From contig NC_068982.1 of the NCBI RefSeq assembly GCF_001194135.2, positions 29,404,054 to 29,468,053 on the forward strand: a stretch of DNA of 64,000 bases, written 5' to 3'. This DNA is from Octopus bimaculoides. Its lineage: Eukaryota. Below the pieces are notes generated by a model. That model saw only the letters and a program-made list of their open reading frames with translations. It searched no databases and was not told the origin of the DNA. Position numbers and translations under genes: made by a program. Position 1 is the stretch's first letter, and each line of letters begins with the position of its first letter. Positions 12,046 to 25,790 of this stretch are shown piece after piece.

Positions 12046-12810
12046 CACATCTAACTCTATTCAATGCTATGCAGACAGAAATATCTCCTTTCCCATCCTT
12101 TAAAACCAGTGCTAGTTTATTGCTAACATCAGCTATGCTTAATTCCATCAATTGACCCTTAAATTATCCACCAACACCAAATTGTCTTACCATTATACCT
12201 GCTGTATTGAGTGACCATGTTTACTGAAAATCACCTGCTGGGAATGTCTGAGTTTTCTCAGATAAGAAAAGAATATTATATGTAGAATGTAGAAAAGAGT
12301 ATGAAGTTGTTTTAAGAAAGATGTATGCATATGCTGCAATTTTCTGCAAAGGAACACATCATCACAGGGAAGATATATTTAAAATTATTCAAGTTTTTAA
12401 AGTATCTAAGTATTTTTCAACTCATTTCAAAATCACTTGGCACACCTGTAGATCACATACAGCATAGAATTGTACCATTATACAATGGTTGACAATTTCA
12501 GCTCTATTGTCATTGAAGAAAATATTGAATAATGTAGTACAGATATAGTCCTAATATAGTCCAAAGTATATATATATATGTTTATATGTAAATATGACAA
12601 GATGGTCATGGCTGAAACATCTTCGACTTAGGTTTGCTTGACCATGGCTAGCCTCCAACTAGACAATAACAACCAGCATTAAAAAACCACAGCAGATAAA
12701 AAAGCCACCTACATCCTTCAGTTCATATCATATCAATTGCACTCCAACAGATCTCCAAGCTTCTTGTCACTTACACAGTGTTTTTCTTTCTAAACCTTGG
12801 ACCAAGTATT

Positions 12811-12985
12811 GATTTCAAATTTTGGCACAAGGCCAACAATTCCAGGGCAGTGGGTAAGTCAATTGCATCGACCACAGTGTTCAATTGGTACTTGTTTTAT
12901 CGATCCAAAAAAGGATGAAAGGCAAAAGGATGAATTTGAACTGAGAACATAAAGATGGACAAAATGCTAACAATTCTGCCTTCCT
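12811..12985 (-). mobile_element. Family A SINE monomer
   Basis: TTTCAAATTTTGGCACAAGGCC...ACTGGTACTT...GGATGAAAGGCAAA...TTTGAACTGAGAAC matches 31105-31310. Confidence 0.75.
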
Positions 12986-15399
12986 TGGACCAAATATTAC
13001 AAGCAGTCTTTAATCCCAGGAATGGTTACTTGTGTTTTTACTGTACACTAGCTGTTAACACCTCTACATGACAAACTTTATATTTGGTCAATTGGTGTCA
13101 CTCATTCACATCAATTTTCCAGTCTGAGAGAAAAGCTTCCAGATACACTAAACATTGTCTCATTTTCATAAATGAAATTAATTATTTTTGTCTCCTTTTT
13201 TTCTCTTTGCCTGTATTTATTCTCACTTGAGATAGTTTTCTATAAATCTTTGTCTCTTTTTATTTCTTCTTTGTCTTCTGACTCAAAATTAATATTTATT
13301 TTTATATATCTGTCACTCTAATCATTAATCCTTATGTAACTGTTTAAAAAATAATTATAAATCAGCAAGAGATTTCTTTAGTTGCCAAAGAAGTGGATTT
13401 CATGCTGTATTGATTTCAAGTTAAAAATTATAGCATCTCTTTCATGAAGTTCTTAACGACTAGAAATCTAATGACAGTAAATTAAATACTAAGAAAAAAT
13501 TATTTCAAGCATTATATTACAACTGTTTCTAATTACTTCTTGTATTAAAATTAAATCTTTTGTCTACTAGACATTTTTATCAAACTAGTTATGTGATTTT
13601 TATTTAACATGGGGAAGCATAGCATCAGAGCTAGATCAAATCAACTGATGCCCAAAGGGCAGTCTTACAATGTATTTCCGCTTTACTGTTCCATTGTCTT
13701 GACAGGATATTATGATATACACTGAATATGAAATAATAGATTGAACATTTAGATTTTAGTTTTCTTTCAGGGTATCTCCAACAGCTATATTAAATATAAT
13801 CTGTTTCTTTTTAATTATATTTATTTAATACTGAATAGCAGTAAGCAATATTAATGAACTATTTGCATATAACTAGGGAAACAGGAAAATGTGCAAATTT
13901 TCAAAACACATTTTTAGTTTTAAAAAATTATTATAAGGGAAAAATATAAATGCAAAAAGTAAGGGAAAATAATTCTTTCAACAGAAATTGAAACTGGAGG
14001 TAAATTTTAAAAATATTATTAGAACAAAACAAAACAAAATATCATTTATTCCACTCATTTCTAATTTTAAAAATGTATACCATTTCAAGACATATGCATC
14101 AATAACCTGGCAGGGGAAGAAATAACTCTGGTGTTTGGTACCCCTTTCCATTGGTGCTCCCATGCATATGCCTATTTAGATCCATGGTTAATCAATGGTG
14201 TATGAAATACAACTTAAAAACAAACAGGTACCATCAATCAATCATAAGTATGACAAAGTAATATTGTAAATAGTATCTCAAACAAAATTTATTTGGCACT
14301 CAGTTTTGTCATCATTGATATGAATTTATATAGTTAACAAAACATACTTATATACTTGCCTCCTCGGTATGTATGTATGTATATATGTATGTATGTATAT
14401 ATGTATGTATGTATATATGTATGTATGTATGTGCTTGAGTGTGTAATTATTATTCTTAATAAAGTGTACCACATGATTGATGACATTTTTGAGCAAGTGA
14501 TTTTGTTTTTAAACATTCATATATACAATGGTATAAATCTTCTAAAATGGAACATCACTGAAGCAGCTTTGGAAAGGCCATTTTCCTCTGATATCTCAAA
14601 GATGGAAGTTAATTTACTCTATAAATGACCTATCTTTCTCCAGCCAAACTAAATCATACTTGTTAATATATTTCAAAACCAGTAAACTCTACCTCCACCT
14701 ANNNNNNNNNNNNNNNNNNNNNNNNNNNNNNNNNNNNNNNNNNNNNNNNNNNAGGCAAGACACTTAGGATGAGAGAAAAGTGACATTACCAAGATATTTA
14801 AAGGGTAAAGTTCTCTGCATAATAACAAGAAAACAAGACAACAAAGGAAACAAAGGCAAAAATAAAAAAAATAAAAATACTAAGGTATCCTACACCACAT
14901 CTCTCCCCTTCTCTCTCTTTCACTATCCACATACACACTTTCTTTCTCTATCCACATACACACTCTCTCTCTCTTTCACTATCAACACACACAGACACAT
15001 TCCCCCTCTCCCCCCTCTTTCTCTCCCTTTCTCTAGCTCTGGATGTGAAAAACTTGCTTTTTGTTTCACTTTTGCTTGAGTGGATATTATTCTACAATAT
15101 TCAAATGTCAAGAAATGAAACAATAGATTGACTTTCTATTTGTTTATTAGGTTAACCATTATTGACATTCTATCTGTCGATATTTGTAGTGAGGTAAGCT
15201 GTATAGTTATGACTTTTTCAATACAATTTTCTATTAAGGACAGAAGGATGCAATAATGGTTGAGCCTGGGTTAATGACAGCTCTAGCATTATTTCTTAAA
15301 TTTCAACAACGATATCAAGGTTTAAACGATACTTTTTATTTTAATTTTAATTTTCCATTAAAATTCCTTTCAGAGGAATATAGGAAATTACTCTTGTGC

Positions 15400-15530
15400 T
15401 TTACTTTATATTATTGGCCCCTAGAAAGATGAAAGGCAAAGTTGACCCCTGGCAGGGTTTGAAATCACAATGTAAAGACCTATGACTAAATACTGTAAGC
15501 ATTTTGTCCATTGCTTTAACAATTTTACCT
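15400..15530 (-). mobile_element. Family A SINE fragment
   Basis: GATGAAAGGCAAAGTTGACC...TTTGAA...AAGCATTTTGTCC. Confidence 0.6.
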
Positions 15531-16049
15531 TTCAACCAAATATCTTTTGCTTCAATGGTATTGTTTTTATTAACATGGTGATATTGTTGTTGTCATGAGC
15601 AGCATGCTGATAAAAATAGCGGAATACTAGACATTCTTACTGGTTTCAACCATTCAATAGAGGCCAGGGTGATGATGGTGATGGTTGGGGTGTGTCATGA
15701 ATTGTCAACTGAATAAAGAATGCTTTACAAAATTTACTTTTATTCTCTTATGTCTCTGTCAGCCATATTTCATAGCCAAGTTTGTCTTTCAAAATCTCTG
15801 TAATGGTTGTATGTTGAAACAGGAAGCTAATGCTGTAATCAATGTTGTATTATAAGTGGTATTGTACTGTTGTTTTTGGTATAATGGTGTAGTCATTAAA
15901 GTATGGGATGTGAAAGAAGGTTCTTTGTCAATCTTCCTTTCAAAAGTTGAGGAAGTCAGAAAAAAAAAAAAGAAATTTTAAATCATATTATTTTATATAA
16001 GAACAACAGATTGTCTTTATACAAACCAAATTCATAGTGCTCTTAGTGA

Positions 16050-16310
16050 TATATGACAATAATAGTGTTGGAATTAAATTTATTTTGGAAAACATAAGAC
16101 GGATTCTTGAAACTGAGCCAACCAGCAGGAGCCCTAGGGGTAGACTAAGAATGAGATAGTTGGATAATATCCATAGTCTCGGTTGGTCATTCATGGAAAT
16201 CAGCTGGAAAGTCTAGTGATGGTTGTCTGATGGTACCCTATGGAGGAAGTTCCTGAGTACTCTACCCTAACATCTTGCCAAGAAATAGTGGGCAGAGAAA
16301 AGAGATGGAT
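16050..16310 (+). mobile_element. RTE-like LINE 3' relic
   Basis: RRILETEPTSRSPRGRLRMR*LDNI resembles the RTE RGRPR.RW.D motif; similar relic at about 63200-63360. Confidence 0.5.
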
Positions 16311-17129
16311 GAATGAATAATTCTTAATTTTGATTGTTATAATAAATGTGTGTGGCATATATGTTTGTAAGCGTAAAGTTATATGAAGTTTAAATATTCT
16401 TTTGGATGATCAAGTAAGCATTATTGATTAATTAACAGTCATGTTTTGATCATTCTAATTGTGGCACATTTTGTTTTAGAGATAAAAACATAGAGTATAC
16501 GAAGCTAACTTTGACATTAATAAAGATATGACTGAAGGAAGATTTGTTTACTTTACAATCAAATTAATCATTTATTCATTTGAAATATATTTTCATTCAA
16601 ATACACTTTTACTAATTTAAGGTTTAGCACCACATGTCTCAGTTCTTTACTCCAGAATAAAAATATGCTAAGACCAAGATGATCAAGCTTTATACATAAT
16701 AAAACAATTTAAGTTTATGACTGACTAATGATTAACTATTTGGTAACTTACAACACTAGGTTTATTATAGTTTAAAAATCTTGCACTCCAAGTTGAAAAT
16801 AGACATCAGTAATAAATTGTTCACAAGTGTCTAACAGAAAGTCATATTCAGTGCCTTTAGCAGGTTATCTGATAAGTCTGAATTCTTAGGGATGACTGAA
16901 GTTGTATAACAATAACACAACTGATACAAATAAGTTACATCATAGTAAAAGATTGATAGATTTATGTTAGAAATAGAACAGAATTAAATGTGTGTTGAGC
17001 CATGAATGTTGAACACCTATGAGGAAAGTTCTAAAGATTTTGGAGTAGCAAAAGAGATTGTTGATCACGATGGTAATTGGATTATTAACTGCAAAATTCT
17101 CAACCAATTTTGCTTCAATAAGTGTTTTA

Positions 17130-17720
17130 GATAAAAGTGACTGAAACCTAAAAAAGATTGTGGTTTCATCAGGATTTCATAGCATAACAAATACTGTTTC
17201 ACAAAGAAGGGCTGTCCTCTTCAAGGTCAGGAAATATGCCCGGATCCACCAACCACTAACCTTCTATAGAGCTATGGGTGGAGGCACAATGGCTCAGTGG
17301 TTAGGGCAACAGACTCGCAGTTTTGATTACCAAACCAGGTGTTGTGAGTGTTTATTGAGTGAAAACACCTAAAGCTCCATGAGGCTCTGGCAGGGGCTGG
17401 TGGTGAACCCTGCTGTACTCTTCCACCACAACTTTCTCTCACTCTTTCTTCCTGTTTCTGTTGTACCTGTATTTGAAAGGGCCAGCCTTGTCACACTGTG
17501 TCATGCTGAATATTCTCAAGAACTACGTTAAGGGTACACGTGTCTGTGGAGTGCTCAGCCACTTGCACGTTAATTTCACGATCAGGCTGTTCTGTTGATC
17601 GGATCAACTGGAACCCTCGACGTCGTAAGCGACGGAGTGCCAACACATAGAGCTATGGTGAGACCCACAATGGTGTACTGTTCACACATCTGGAATGTTG
17701 CTGCTGTTGCTGCTACACTT
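17130..17720 (+). mobile_element. L2/CR1-type LINE RT relic interrupted by a SINE
   Basis: Removing 17278-17658 joins LFKVRKYARIHQPLTFYRAM to VRPTMVYCSHIWN, matching the CR1/L2 motif Y.A.VRP.(L/M)EYCS.(V/I)W. Confidence 0.75.
17278..17646 (+). mobile_element. Full-length tRNA-headed SINE (family F) with 12-bp TSD
   Basis: Starts GTGGAGGCACAATGGCTCAGTGGTTAGGGC (A-box-like); flanked by ATAGAGCTATGG at 17266-17277 and 17647-17658. Confidence 0.85.
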
Positions 17721-17744
17721 AAAGACATCCTAGACTCATCATCA

Positions 17745-17988
17745 TCATCATTTTAAGGTCCACTTTTCCATACTTGCTTGCATCAGATAGAATTTGTTGA
17801 GGCGGATTTTCTATGACCAGAAGCCCTTCGTGTAACTAACCTTCCAAGCAAGGTAATATTTCCTCGTAGCTAGACGTGTTTTTCACAGAAGACGGGAAAG
17901 GAACAACCTCACTTGTATGACACCGATGTTCATTTGCATTCATCACATAGTGTCTAGACAAAGGTATACACAAACATACACATACACA

Positions 17989-18048
<60 letters not shown>

Positions 18049-18225
18049 TACATACATACATAAGACGGGCATTTTCCAGTTTTCTTCTACTAAGTTCATT
18101 CACAATGCTTTGGTTGGTCTGAGGCTATAGTAGAAGATACTTGCCCAAAAAGCTCTGCAGTGGGACTGACCCCAAGATTACATGATTAGGAAGCAAGCTT
18201 CCTAGCCACACAGCCGTGCCTGCAC
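17745..18225 (-). mobile_element. Composite SINE: family B head + (CA)n + D-like tail
   Basis: Head at 18060-18225 (-), (CA)n hinge 17965-18060, tail ending in (ATC)n at about 17736-17750. Confidence 0.7.
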
Positions 18226-19489
18226 CCAGACAGTATTTAAAAATAAAACATCAACTGACTGATTAGTGCTTTCCATCACCTATATTTTAGCCATTCCTCA
18301 GGTACCACATTAAGACTACACCCTGGTCTTTCTTCCTAGTATGTCAGTCTTCTGGACTCCCTCACAGTCAGTGTCCAAAGAAGCATAAATTGTATCAATG
18401 TTACTGGTCTTTGAGAGCCCAAGAAGGTTATGAGTACAGCACTTTCCTCCTGACAAGGACTAATAAAAGAAATATCTTATTTAATGTTTAGAAAAAGAGG
18501 GAAAGAGTAAAAGCATCATAATATATTTGCATTATAACTAACAGATACGAAAACAAGATACTAATATATCAAGATAAACTCATGCATTGTTTGTAAAGAT
18601 GCAACTAACAACACCTCAAATGAAATCATCTATTTTCCAATTTTCTCAACATTTTACTATTTTGGTCAGGGCTGTCACTGAATGTTCCTCAAAATGCTGA
18701 CTATCATATCATAAAACATGGTTAATATATATTTTTTCATATGCTTTAATATATATTTAATAGTATTTTATACCAGAATGACTTAATGATATTAAAATGA
18801 TTATTAATAAGTTGAGTGTTTTAGAGTAGCTATACTTTAATACACATTTTTATACAAGATTAAAGATTGGACGATTTGGTGAGAACTGTAGAAATGTAAT
18901 AAGTAGAAATATGATTAATAAAAGAATAAAACCATTCACATTATTATTACTGATATTATTTTTGAAACAGCATATTAATGATAACAGTTTTTTTCCAGAA
19001 ATAATTTCCATTATGTAGGAGACAGTATGACATGGGATCTTTATTACATTACTCCTATTGATATTTTGTCAAGAAAAGTAATATATATTACTGATATTTT
19101 ATCAATTTTAGCAAAATAAAAGTCTAATCGAACCCTAGCAGAATTTTGTGAGGCAGAAATGTAAGGCACCAAATAAAATTTCATAAAGTAGTAAATTTAA
19201 CCGTTTACTGTCAAGTATTATTGTATTGTCAATAAGGTGAAAGACTGCATCAAATAATAGTTATAACAATGACAGTTCTATTACATTACAGAAGATAGAA
19301 TCTAGCAATATTTTACAAAAGTAGAGGTAATCTTAAATATTGGTAACAATTGACAAAAATGACTGAAATAATCATACTTCACATGAATTAGATGTCAAGA
19401 ACAAACTTTAACAATTTTGTATGATCTGGATTATCTGTAGAGAATTTAATGGAGCCTTGATTTCATAAGAGATGAATCTAAAATGTTGT

Positions 19490-19700
19490 TAGAGAATTGG
19501 ATGAAATGCCTTGTGATGCATATTCCGCCCCCCGCCTCCATTCTGAATTCAAATCTTGTTGAGGTCGCTGCTGCCTTTCATCCATCCAGAGTTGATGAAA
19601 TAAAGTACCAGGCTTGGAGGTTGGACTGGCAGAACTGTTAGAGCATCACAAAGGATCTTTGTTCTGGATCTTTGCATTCTATCTTCAAATCCTGCTGTAA
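19490..19700 (+). mobile_element. Two tandem family A SINE fragments
   Basis: TTCTGAATTCAAATCTTGTTGAGGTCG...GCCTTTCATCC...AAATAAAGTACCAG, then a second head GGACTGGCAGAACTGTTAGAGCATC. Confidence 0.55.
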
Positions 19701-19739
19701 CTTATTTGGGATGGCAGACTTAATCAACCACCTGATCTA

Positions 19740-19900
19740 ATATCAAACATTTTATTCTTGGATGCCCTTAGAGATGTCCACTCTATTGAAAGCATTCAGG
19801 TAAGGCCTCCAGTTTACAGATACCTTCCTCCACCCCATTACTCCACAACTCTTGGAGGCCTGGAAAAAAGTCATTGATACTGCCATTCCTTCTGACTAAA
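19740..19900 (+). mobile_element. CR1/L2 LINE fragment
   Basis: DVHSIESIQ-like relic of the CR1 D...(L/I)E.VQRR motif. Confidence 0.35.
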
Positions 19901-20049
19901 GGAAAAAAAGTTACAAATTAAGAAATAATATTGATTATATATTTAACGGCATCAGATATGACCTTAGTAAAAATGCAATCAAATATTCCAAAAATGTTTT
20001 ATATTTTAAAGATAGTTTTTCGCTTGTGTTAATGCTTAAAATACAAATC

Positions 20050-20140
20050 ACCGGAAGTAGTATTAAAATACAACAATTAAACAAAAGCTAATCTAATATC
20101 TTGGTTTCTTAAGAGAACTGAAGGTCAAAGGTCAGCCAAT
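20050..20140 (+). promoter_or_regulatory. Candidate cis-regulatory module: ETS site, DR1 nuclear-receptor element, CCAAT box
   Basis: ACCGGAAGT (20050-20058), AGGTCA-A-AGGTCA (20122-20134), CCAAT (20136-20140) in non-repetitive sequence. Confidence 0.45.
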
Positions 20141-21929
20141 AGCAATTGCATTCAATATATTGGCATCTTATTTCTAATAGGAATTTTTTGCTTGTTATGT
20201 GAAAACTGCTTTTGAAAACCCTATCCAACAAAGCTGCAACTTATTCAGCTCATATGGAAAACATATATATATATATATATATATACATAAAACAAGCTCT
20301 GTACCCTGTATTGATAATTCAGTAACTGACATACTGTAAAAATCAACAACAAAAAAAAGTTTGCTTTAGATAAAAAGATTAGAGACTGCAAATTGTATTA
20401 AAAAAGAGAAAGAAAGAATATACACAAATTCTATAATTCAATACTTTGGAAGGTGTCTAATAAGGAAAATGTAATTTAAATCAGAGTTGTGTTATCTAAG
20501 CTGCATCAAGGTAGATTTGCCAACTTAAAGCTCAGCTATTAATGACACAGTTCATGATAATAATAACAATAATAATCAATTCACAATACAATTAACATTA
20601 GCTAGTTGCATAGAAGGGAAAGCAATGACGATATTAAAGCAATAGCAATAACATTACTTTCGGAATACAATTTTCACAACAGCAACAAATAAGCAAGCCA
20701 TCAGCCACAACGTCAAGCTGTTTTACACATTTGATACAACATCAACAACAATTTGTCCTGCAGGAATATAAGTCGAGACAAGCATCAACATTGCTAAAGA
20801 TACTAATATAATAGACGAAGAGAACATTTCGAAAGACATAGAAATCAATTGGATATGCGGTCATTATTATGAAAATTTCTATGGAACTTCTGAAAAGGAA
20901 GTGATTTTCAAGCAAATGCATTATATAATTGGACTCACTTTTAAACCATCATGTTAAAGTTCAATAACTAAAGGGAAGAATTCTTATTCGTTCATACTCT
21001 CTCTCTCTTTCTCCCTTTCACTCTTTCTCTCTTTTCTATGTTGTGTCATGCCTCCATTATTCCATTACACATGGCTCACTCACACAAATGCACATATTAA
21101 CAAACATATACACAACTGCAATATTGACAAACATATATACAGAATATTGTATTGAATGAGAAATTTGAAAAGAAAGGCTATGAAAATACTGTAACCAAAA
21201 ATAGTTTGCTTTTAATGATCAAAAACATTTGTTTGATACTCATAACAACATATTTGTATTTAATCTAAATTATATTTTCTATTCTCAAGCAGTAAAATGC
21301 TTATACACACATGCACGTTAACACACATATGCATGTACTAAAGTATTAAATAAATATGAAGTTGTAACCAGAATTTTGATATTGATCCATATACACATCT
21401 AATACAATTGAGAAAACACATAGAACACAGAAAAGAAGGAAAAAAAAGGAATAGTTCTAAAATTCCACAAGAGGAAATATTAATGGTTTTTGACTTTATT
21501 AATACATATTTTTGAAGCTCTTTATTTTCACATAGATAATGAATGAATAAAATAATTATGCCAAGTATAAAATACTCAGATTGGATGGGTACTGAAAACT
21601 GATGAATCAAAAGAGAAAATCTATAATGGTTTTACAAACAGCAGTGCTAATTTCGTTCTATTATCAAACTATTTACACACGTTTGCCTTTGACTTTCTTT
21701 TGACAGCAAAGTTCAATTTTGATAAGAAGGAGAAGAACAGCATGAAAAATAAGTGTGTGTACAATAATCTAAATAAAATGCTTTTAGTTCTAAAGATTTC
21801 ATTGTAATTTTGATAGTAACTTCCTAGTCTCTGAAGTAGTCATTGTGATTACAAAGTCATAGAAAGAAAATTACAATGGGTTTATTAAAATATTATTATA
21901 TCAAAATTGAAGAAAGCAGAGCACAAGAC

Positions 21930-22080
21930 AAAACTTTTGGTATTTAGTTTGCCTTTTACACTCTGAATTAAAACCCCCTCTAGATCATTTTGCTTTTCAT
22001 TTTTCAGGACTAATAAAAAAAAGTACCAGTTAAGTACTGGTGTTGCTTTTGTTGGTAATACTCTCCTCCTTGCAAAAACT
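21930..22080 (+). mobile_element. Family A SINE, degenerate
   Basis: CTCTGAATTAAAA...TTTGCTTTTCAT...AAAGTACCAGTTAAGTACTGG. Confidence 0.5.
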
Positions 22081-23094
22081 ATGGCAATATCTAAATTTCA
22101 AAACTCAAATATTATATCAAAACTTAAAAAGTATAACTACAAACATCTAAAATATAATCCTAATTAGTTTATAATAGCTTTGTATGTAACAGTAATAGCT
22201 AAGCTTTTACAGAACATTTTTTTTGATTTCATATAATACTTTGATCTAAGCACCAAGTGCCTAAAATAAATTCTAATTTTTAGGGTACATATTGATAATA
22301 AAATTAATTGAACACAGTCAATTTCTAAGAGAAAAAAAATGTTGATGTCAAAGAAAAATTATGAGAGAGCATAAAAATAACCAGTAGCAAATGCTAAAAA
22401 TATTGATGAATAAAAGATTTTAGTGTTATTGATTGATGTAATAACTATTTTGTAATAAAGAACATCATAAAGTTGCTAATAAGAATGCAAGCGACAATAA
22501 GATACCAATGAAATAAGATACCAGTGAAATAAACAGCGATCTTATGAATTTTGGTATTGTTTGGTAAGAACATTTATTACAGACTTATAATATTATGACA
22601 AAGTTACATTATGACTTTCTTGTATGTTTGTTACTTAGTGTCATATTTATACTACAAATTCATAAAAATAGTCATAAAAATAAAATTGTTAACCTGTAAT
22701 AAAAATGGAACAACTTAACATCGTCAAATAATATCGATACATGCTATATTATTCAGTATTTTGATAACACTTCAATGTTAAATTTTTTACCCATTTTTTT
22801 TTCTCTTTTGTTGTTGGTACATATATATACATATTCTCATACATTCACATATAAAGAAATAAATATTTTCATTAAAATATTCTAAAAATAACACAAGTAT
22901 TGACACCTTCACATCAATGGAAAACCTTTGCACCTTTACAGATCAATAGAATGCTGTGAAATCCAGGAACTGGATAGAAAATAAAAAAAGGCAAACAGTA
23001 AAAAAAAAAAAAATTCTTTTTTAAATAATTTGTTAACACTTTCCTTTAAACTAGAGAAAAGGAAACAAAAAAANNNNNNNNNNTCTAGGCATGT

Positions 23095-23141
<47 letters not shown>

Positions 23142-23285
23142 GATATATATATATATACACACATACACACACATATATATACATTTATATATACATATAT
23201 ACATACATACAGATATATAAATATACATATATATAGATTCACACACACACATACATATATATATATATACACACATACACACACA

Positions 23286-23323
<38 letters not shown>

Positions 23324-24700
23324 NNNNNNNNNNNNNNNNNNNNNNNNNNNNNNNNNNNNNNNNNNNNNNNNNNNNNNNNNNNNNNNNNNNNNNNNNNNNN
23401 NNNNNNNNNNNNNNNNNNNNNNNNNNNNNNNNNNNNNNNNNNNNNNNNNNNNNNNNNNNNNNNNNNNNNNNNNNNNNNNNNNNNNNNNNNNNNNNNNNNN
23501 NNNNNNNNNNNNNNNNNNNNNNNNNNNNNNNNNNNNNNNNNNNNNNNNNNNNNNNNNNNNNNNNNNNNNNNNNNNNNNNNNNNNNNNNNNNNNNNNNNNN
23601 NNNNNNNNNNNNNNNNNNNNNNNNNNNNNNNNNNNNNNNNNNNNNNNNNNNNNNNNNNNNNNNNNNNNNNNNNNNNNNNNNNNNNNNNNNNNNNNNNNNN
23701 NNNNNNNNNNNNNNNNNNNNNNNNNNNNNNNNNNNNNNNNNNNNNNNNNNNNNNNNNNNNNNNNNNNNNNNNNNNNNNNNNNNNNNNNNNNNNNNNNNNN
23801 NNNNNNNNNNNNNNNNNNNNNNNNNNNNNNNNNNNNNNNNNNNNNNNNNNNNNNNNNNNNTATATATGCATGTATGTATGTATACTTTATGTATATGTAT
23901 ATATCGATTTTATACCACTACTAAGGCATGCTAGGTATTCAAACACATGCAGGCATAAAGACACTGAATGTCTTTCTGAAAAATAAACTAAAATATAAGA
24001 ATAAGCTCTAAGGAAGACTAAAAAAAAATAATAATACTGATAATAATACTAATAATACTAATAATACTAATAATAACAATAAGAATAGTGATGATAATAA
24101 CAACAGAAAGGAATGTTTGTCAGAAAATATACTTTGTTAACGCCATCTGTGAATGCAAACTGAAAGATTAAAATCTTAGCTTACTAGCTCAGTGCTAAAT
24201 ACATGCCATCTACAACAGAAAAAATATCATTTGCTTAGGTTTACTTCATTTCCTGGTTATATTTTCTTTTCCTTCATGAAAATTTAAGCTAGGTTGGAAA
24301 TGTTAATAAATCTCTGATATATTACAGCAATTTATTCTTAATTCTAAGACCATTCTGAAAATGATTTATTATTTCAGTTCCAGTTTATTCTAAGCAGCTG
24401 CAGAAATAAGCTTTTCTTTGCAAATGTGTTTATTTTCATGATATCTTTAAAGTGACATGGTAACTATTGAGTACCAACTGTTAAACATATTAACCTTACA
24501 GGCGTTCATATATTATATCAAACTGTCGGTGAAAGCTTTGATAATGTCTTTTTATAGTAAGTTATGTTAATAAAAGAAAATACATGTGATATCTATATCA
24601 TGCAGTAAAAGAAATGAATAAAACTGCTCCACCTTATATCTATTACCATTTACTCTGTGAATATGTGTGTGTGTGAGTATAGAATAATGTGTGTGTGTGT

Positions 24701-24744
<44 letters not shown>

Positions 24745-25724
24745 CATACAATTTTAAAAAATTACGAGGCTGATATTTCATATTTCATTCATATGTTGTA
24801 GTCACCGTTTAATATACTTTTCATACANNNNNNNNNNNNNNNNNNNNNNNNNNNNNNNNNNNNNNNNNNNNNNNNNNNNNNNNNNNNNNNNNNNNNNNNN
24901 NNNNNNNNNNNNNNNNNNNNNNNNNNNNNNNNNNNNNNNNNNNNNNNNNNNNNNNNNNNNNNNNNNNNNNNNNNNNNNNNNNNNNNNNNNNNNNNNNNNN
25001 NNNNNNNNNNNNNNNNNNNNNNNNNNNNNNNNNNNNNNNNNNNNNNNNNNNNNNNNNNNNNNNNNNNNNNNNNNNNNNNNNNNNNNNNNNNNNNNNNNNN
25101 NNNNNNNNNNNNNNNNNNNNNNNNNNNNNNNNNNNNNNNNNNNNNNNNNNNNNNNNNNNNNNNNNNNNNNNNNNNNNNNNNNNNNNNNNNNNNNNNNNNN
25201 NNNNNNNNNNNNNNNNNNNNNNNNNNNNNNNNNNNNNNNNNNNNNNNNNNNNNNNNNNNNNNNNNNNNNNNNNNNNNNNNNNNNNNNNNNNNNNNNNNNN
25301 NNNNNNNNNNNNNNNNNNNNNNNNNNNNNNNNNNNNNNNNNNNNNNNNNNNNNNNNNNNNNNNNNNNNNNNNNNNNNNNNNNNNNNNNNNNNNNNNNNNN
25401 NNNNNNNNNNNNNNNNNNNNNNNNNNNNNNNNNNNNNNNNNNNNNNNNNNNNNNNNNNNNNNNNNNNNNNNNNNNNNNNNNNNNNNNNNNNNNNNNNNNN
25501 NNNNNNNNNNNNNNNNNNNNNNNNNNNNNNNNNNNNNNNNNNNNNNNNNNNNNNNNNNNNNNNNNNNNNNNNNNNNNNNNNNNNNNNNNNNNNNNNNNNN
25601 NNNNNNNNNNNNNNNNNNNNNNNNNNNNNNNNNNNNNNNNNNNNNNNNNNNNNNNNNNNNNNNNNNNNNNNNNNNNNNNNNNNNNNNNNNNNNNNNNNNN
25701 NNNTTTTATGACTTTCTAATAATA

Positions 25725-25742
25725 TTAATAATGATGATGATG

Positions 25743-25790
<48 letters not shown>

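Noticed and set aside
14076-14190. GC-richer patch with open frames on both strands
   Set aside because: No consistent splice chain or homology; could be an old repeat
18999-19077. Possible + exon NNFHYVGDSMTWDLYYITPIDILSRK with a GDS motif
   Set aside because: Weak donor; the resemblance to GDS(L)/SGNH motifs is three residues only; expected by chance
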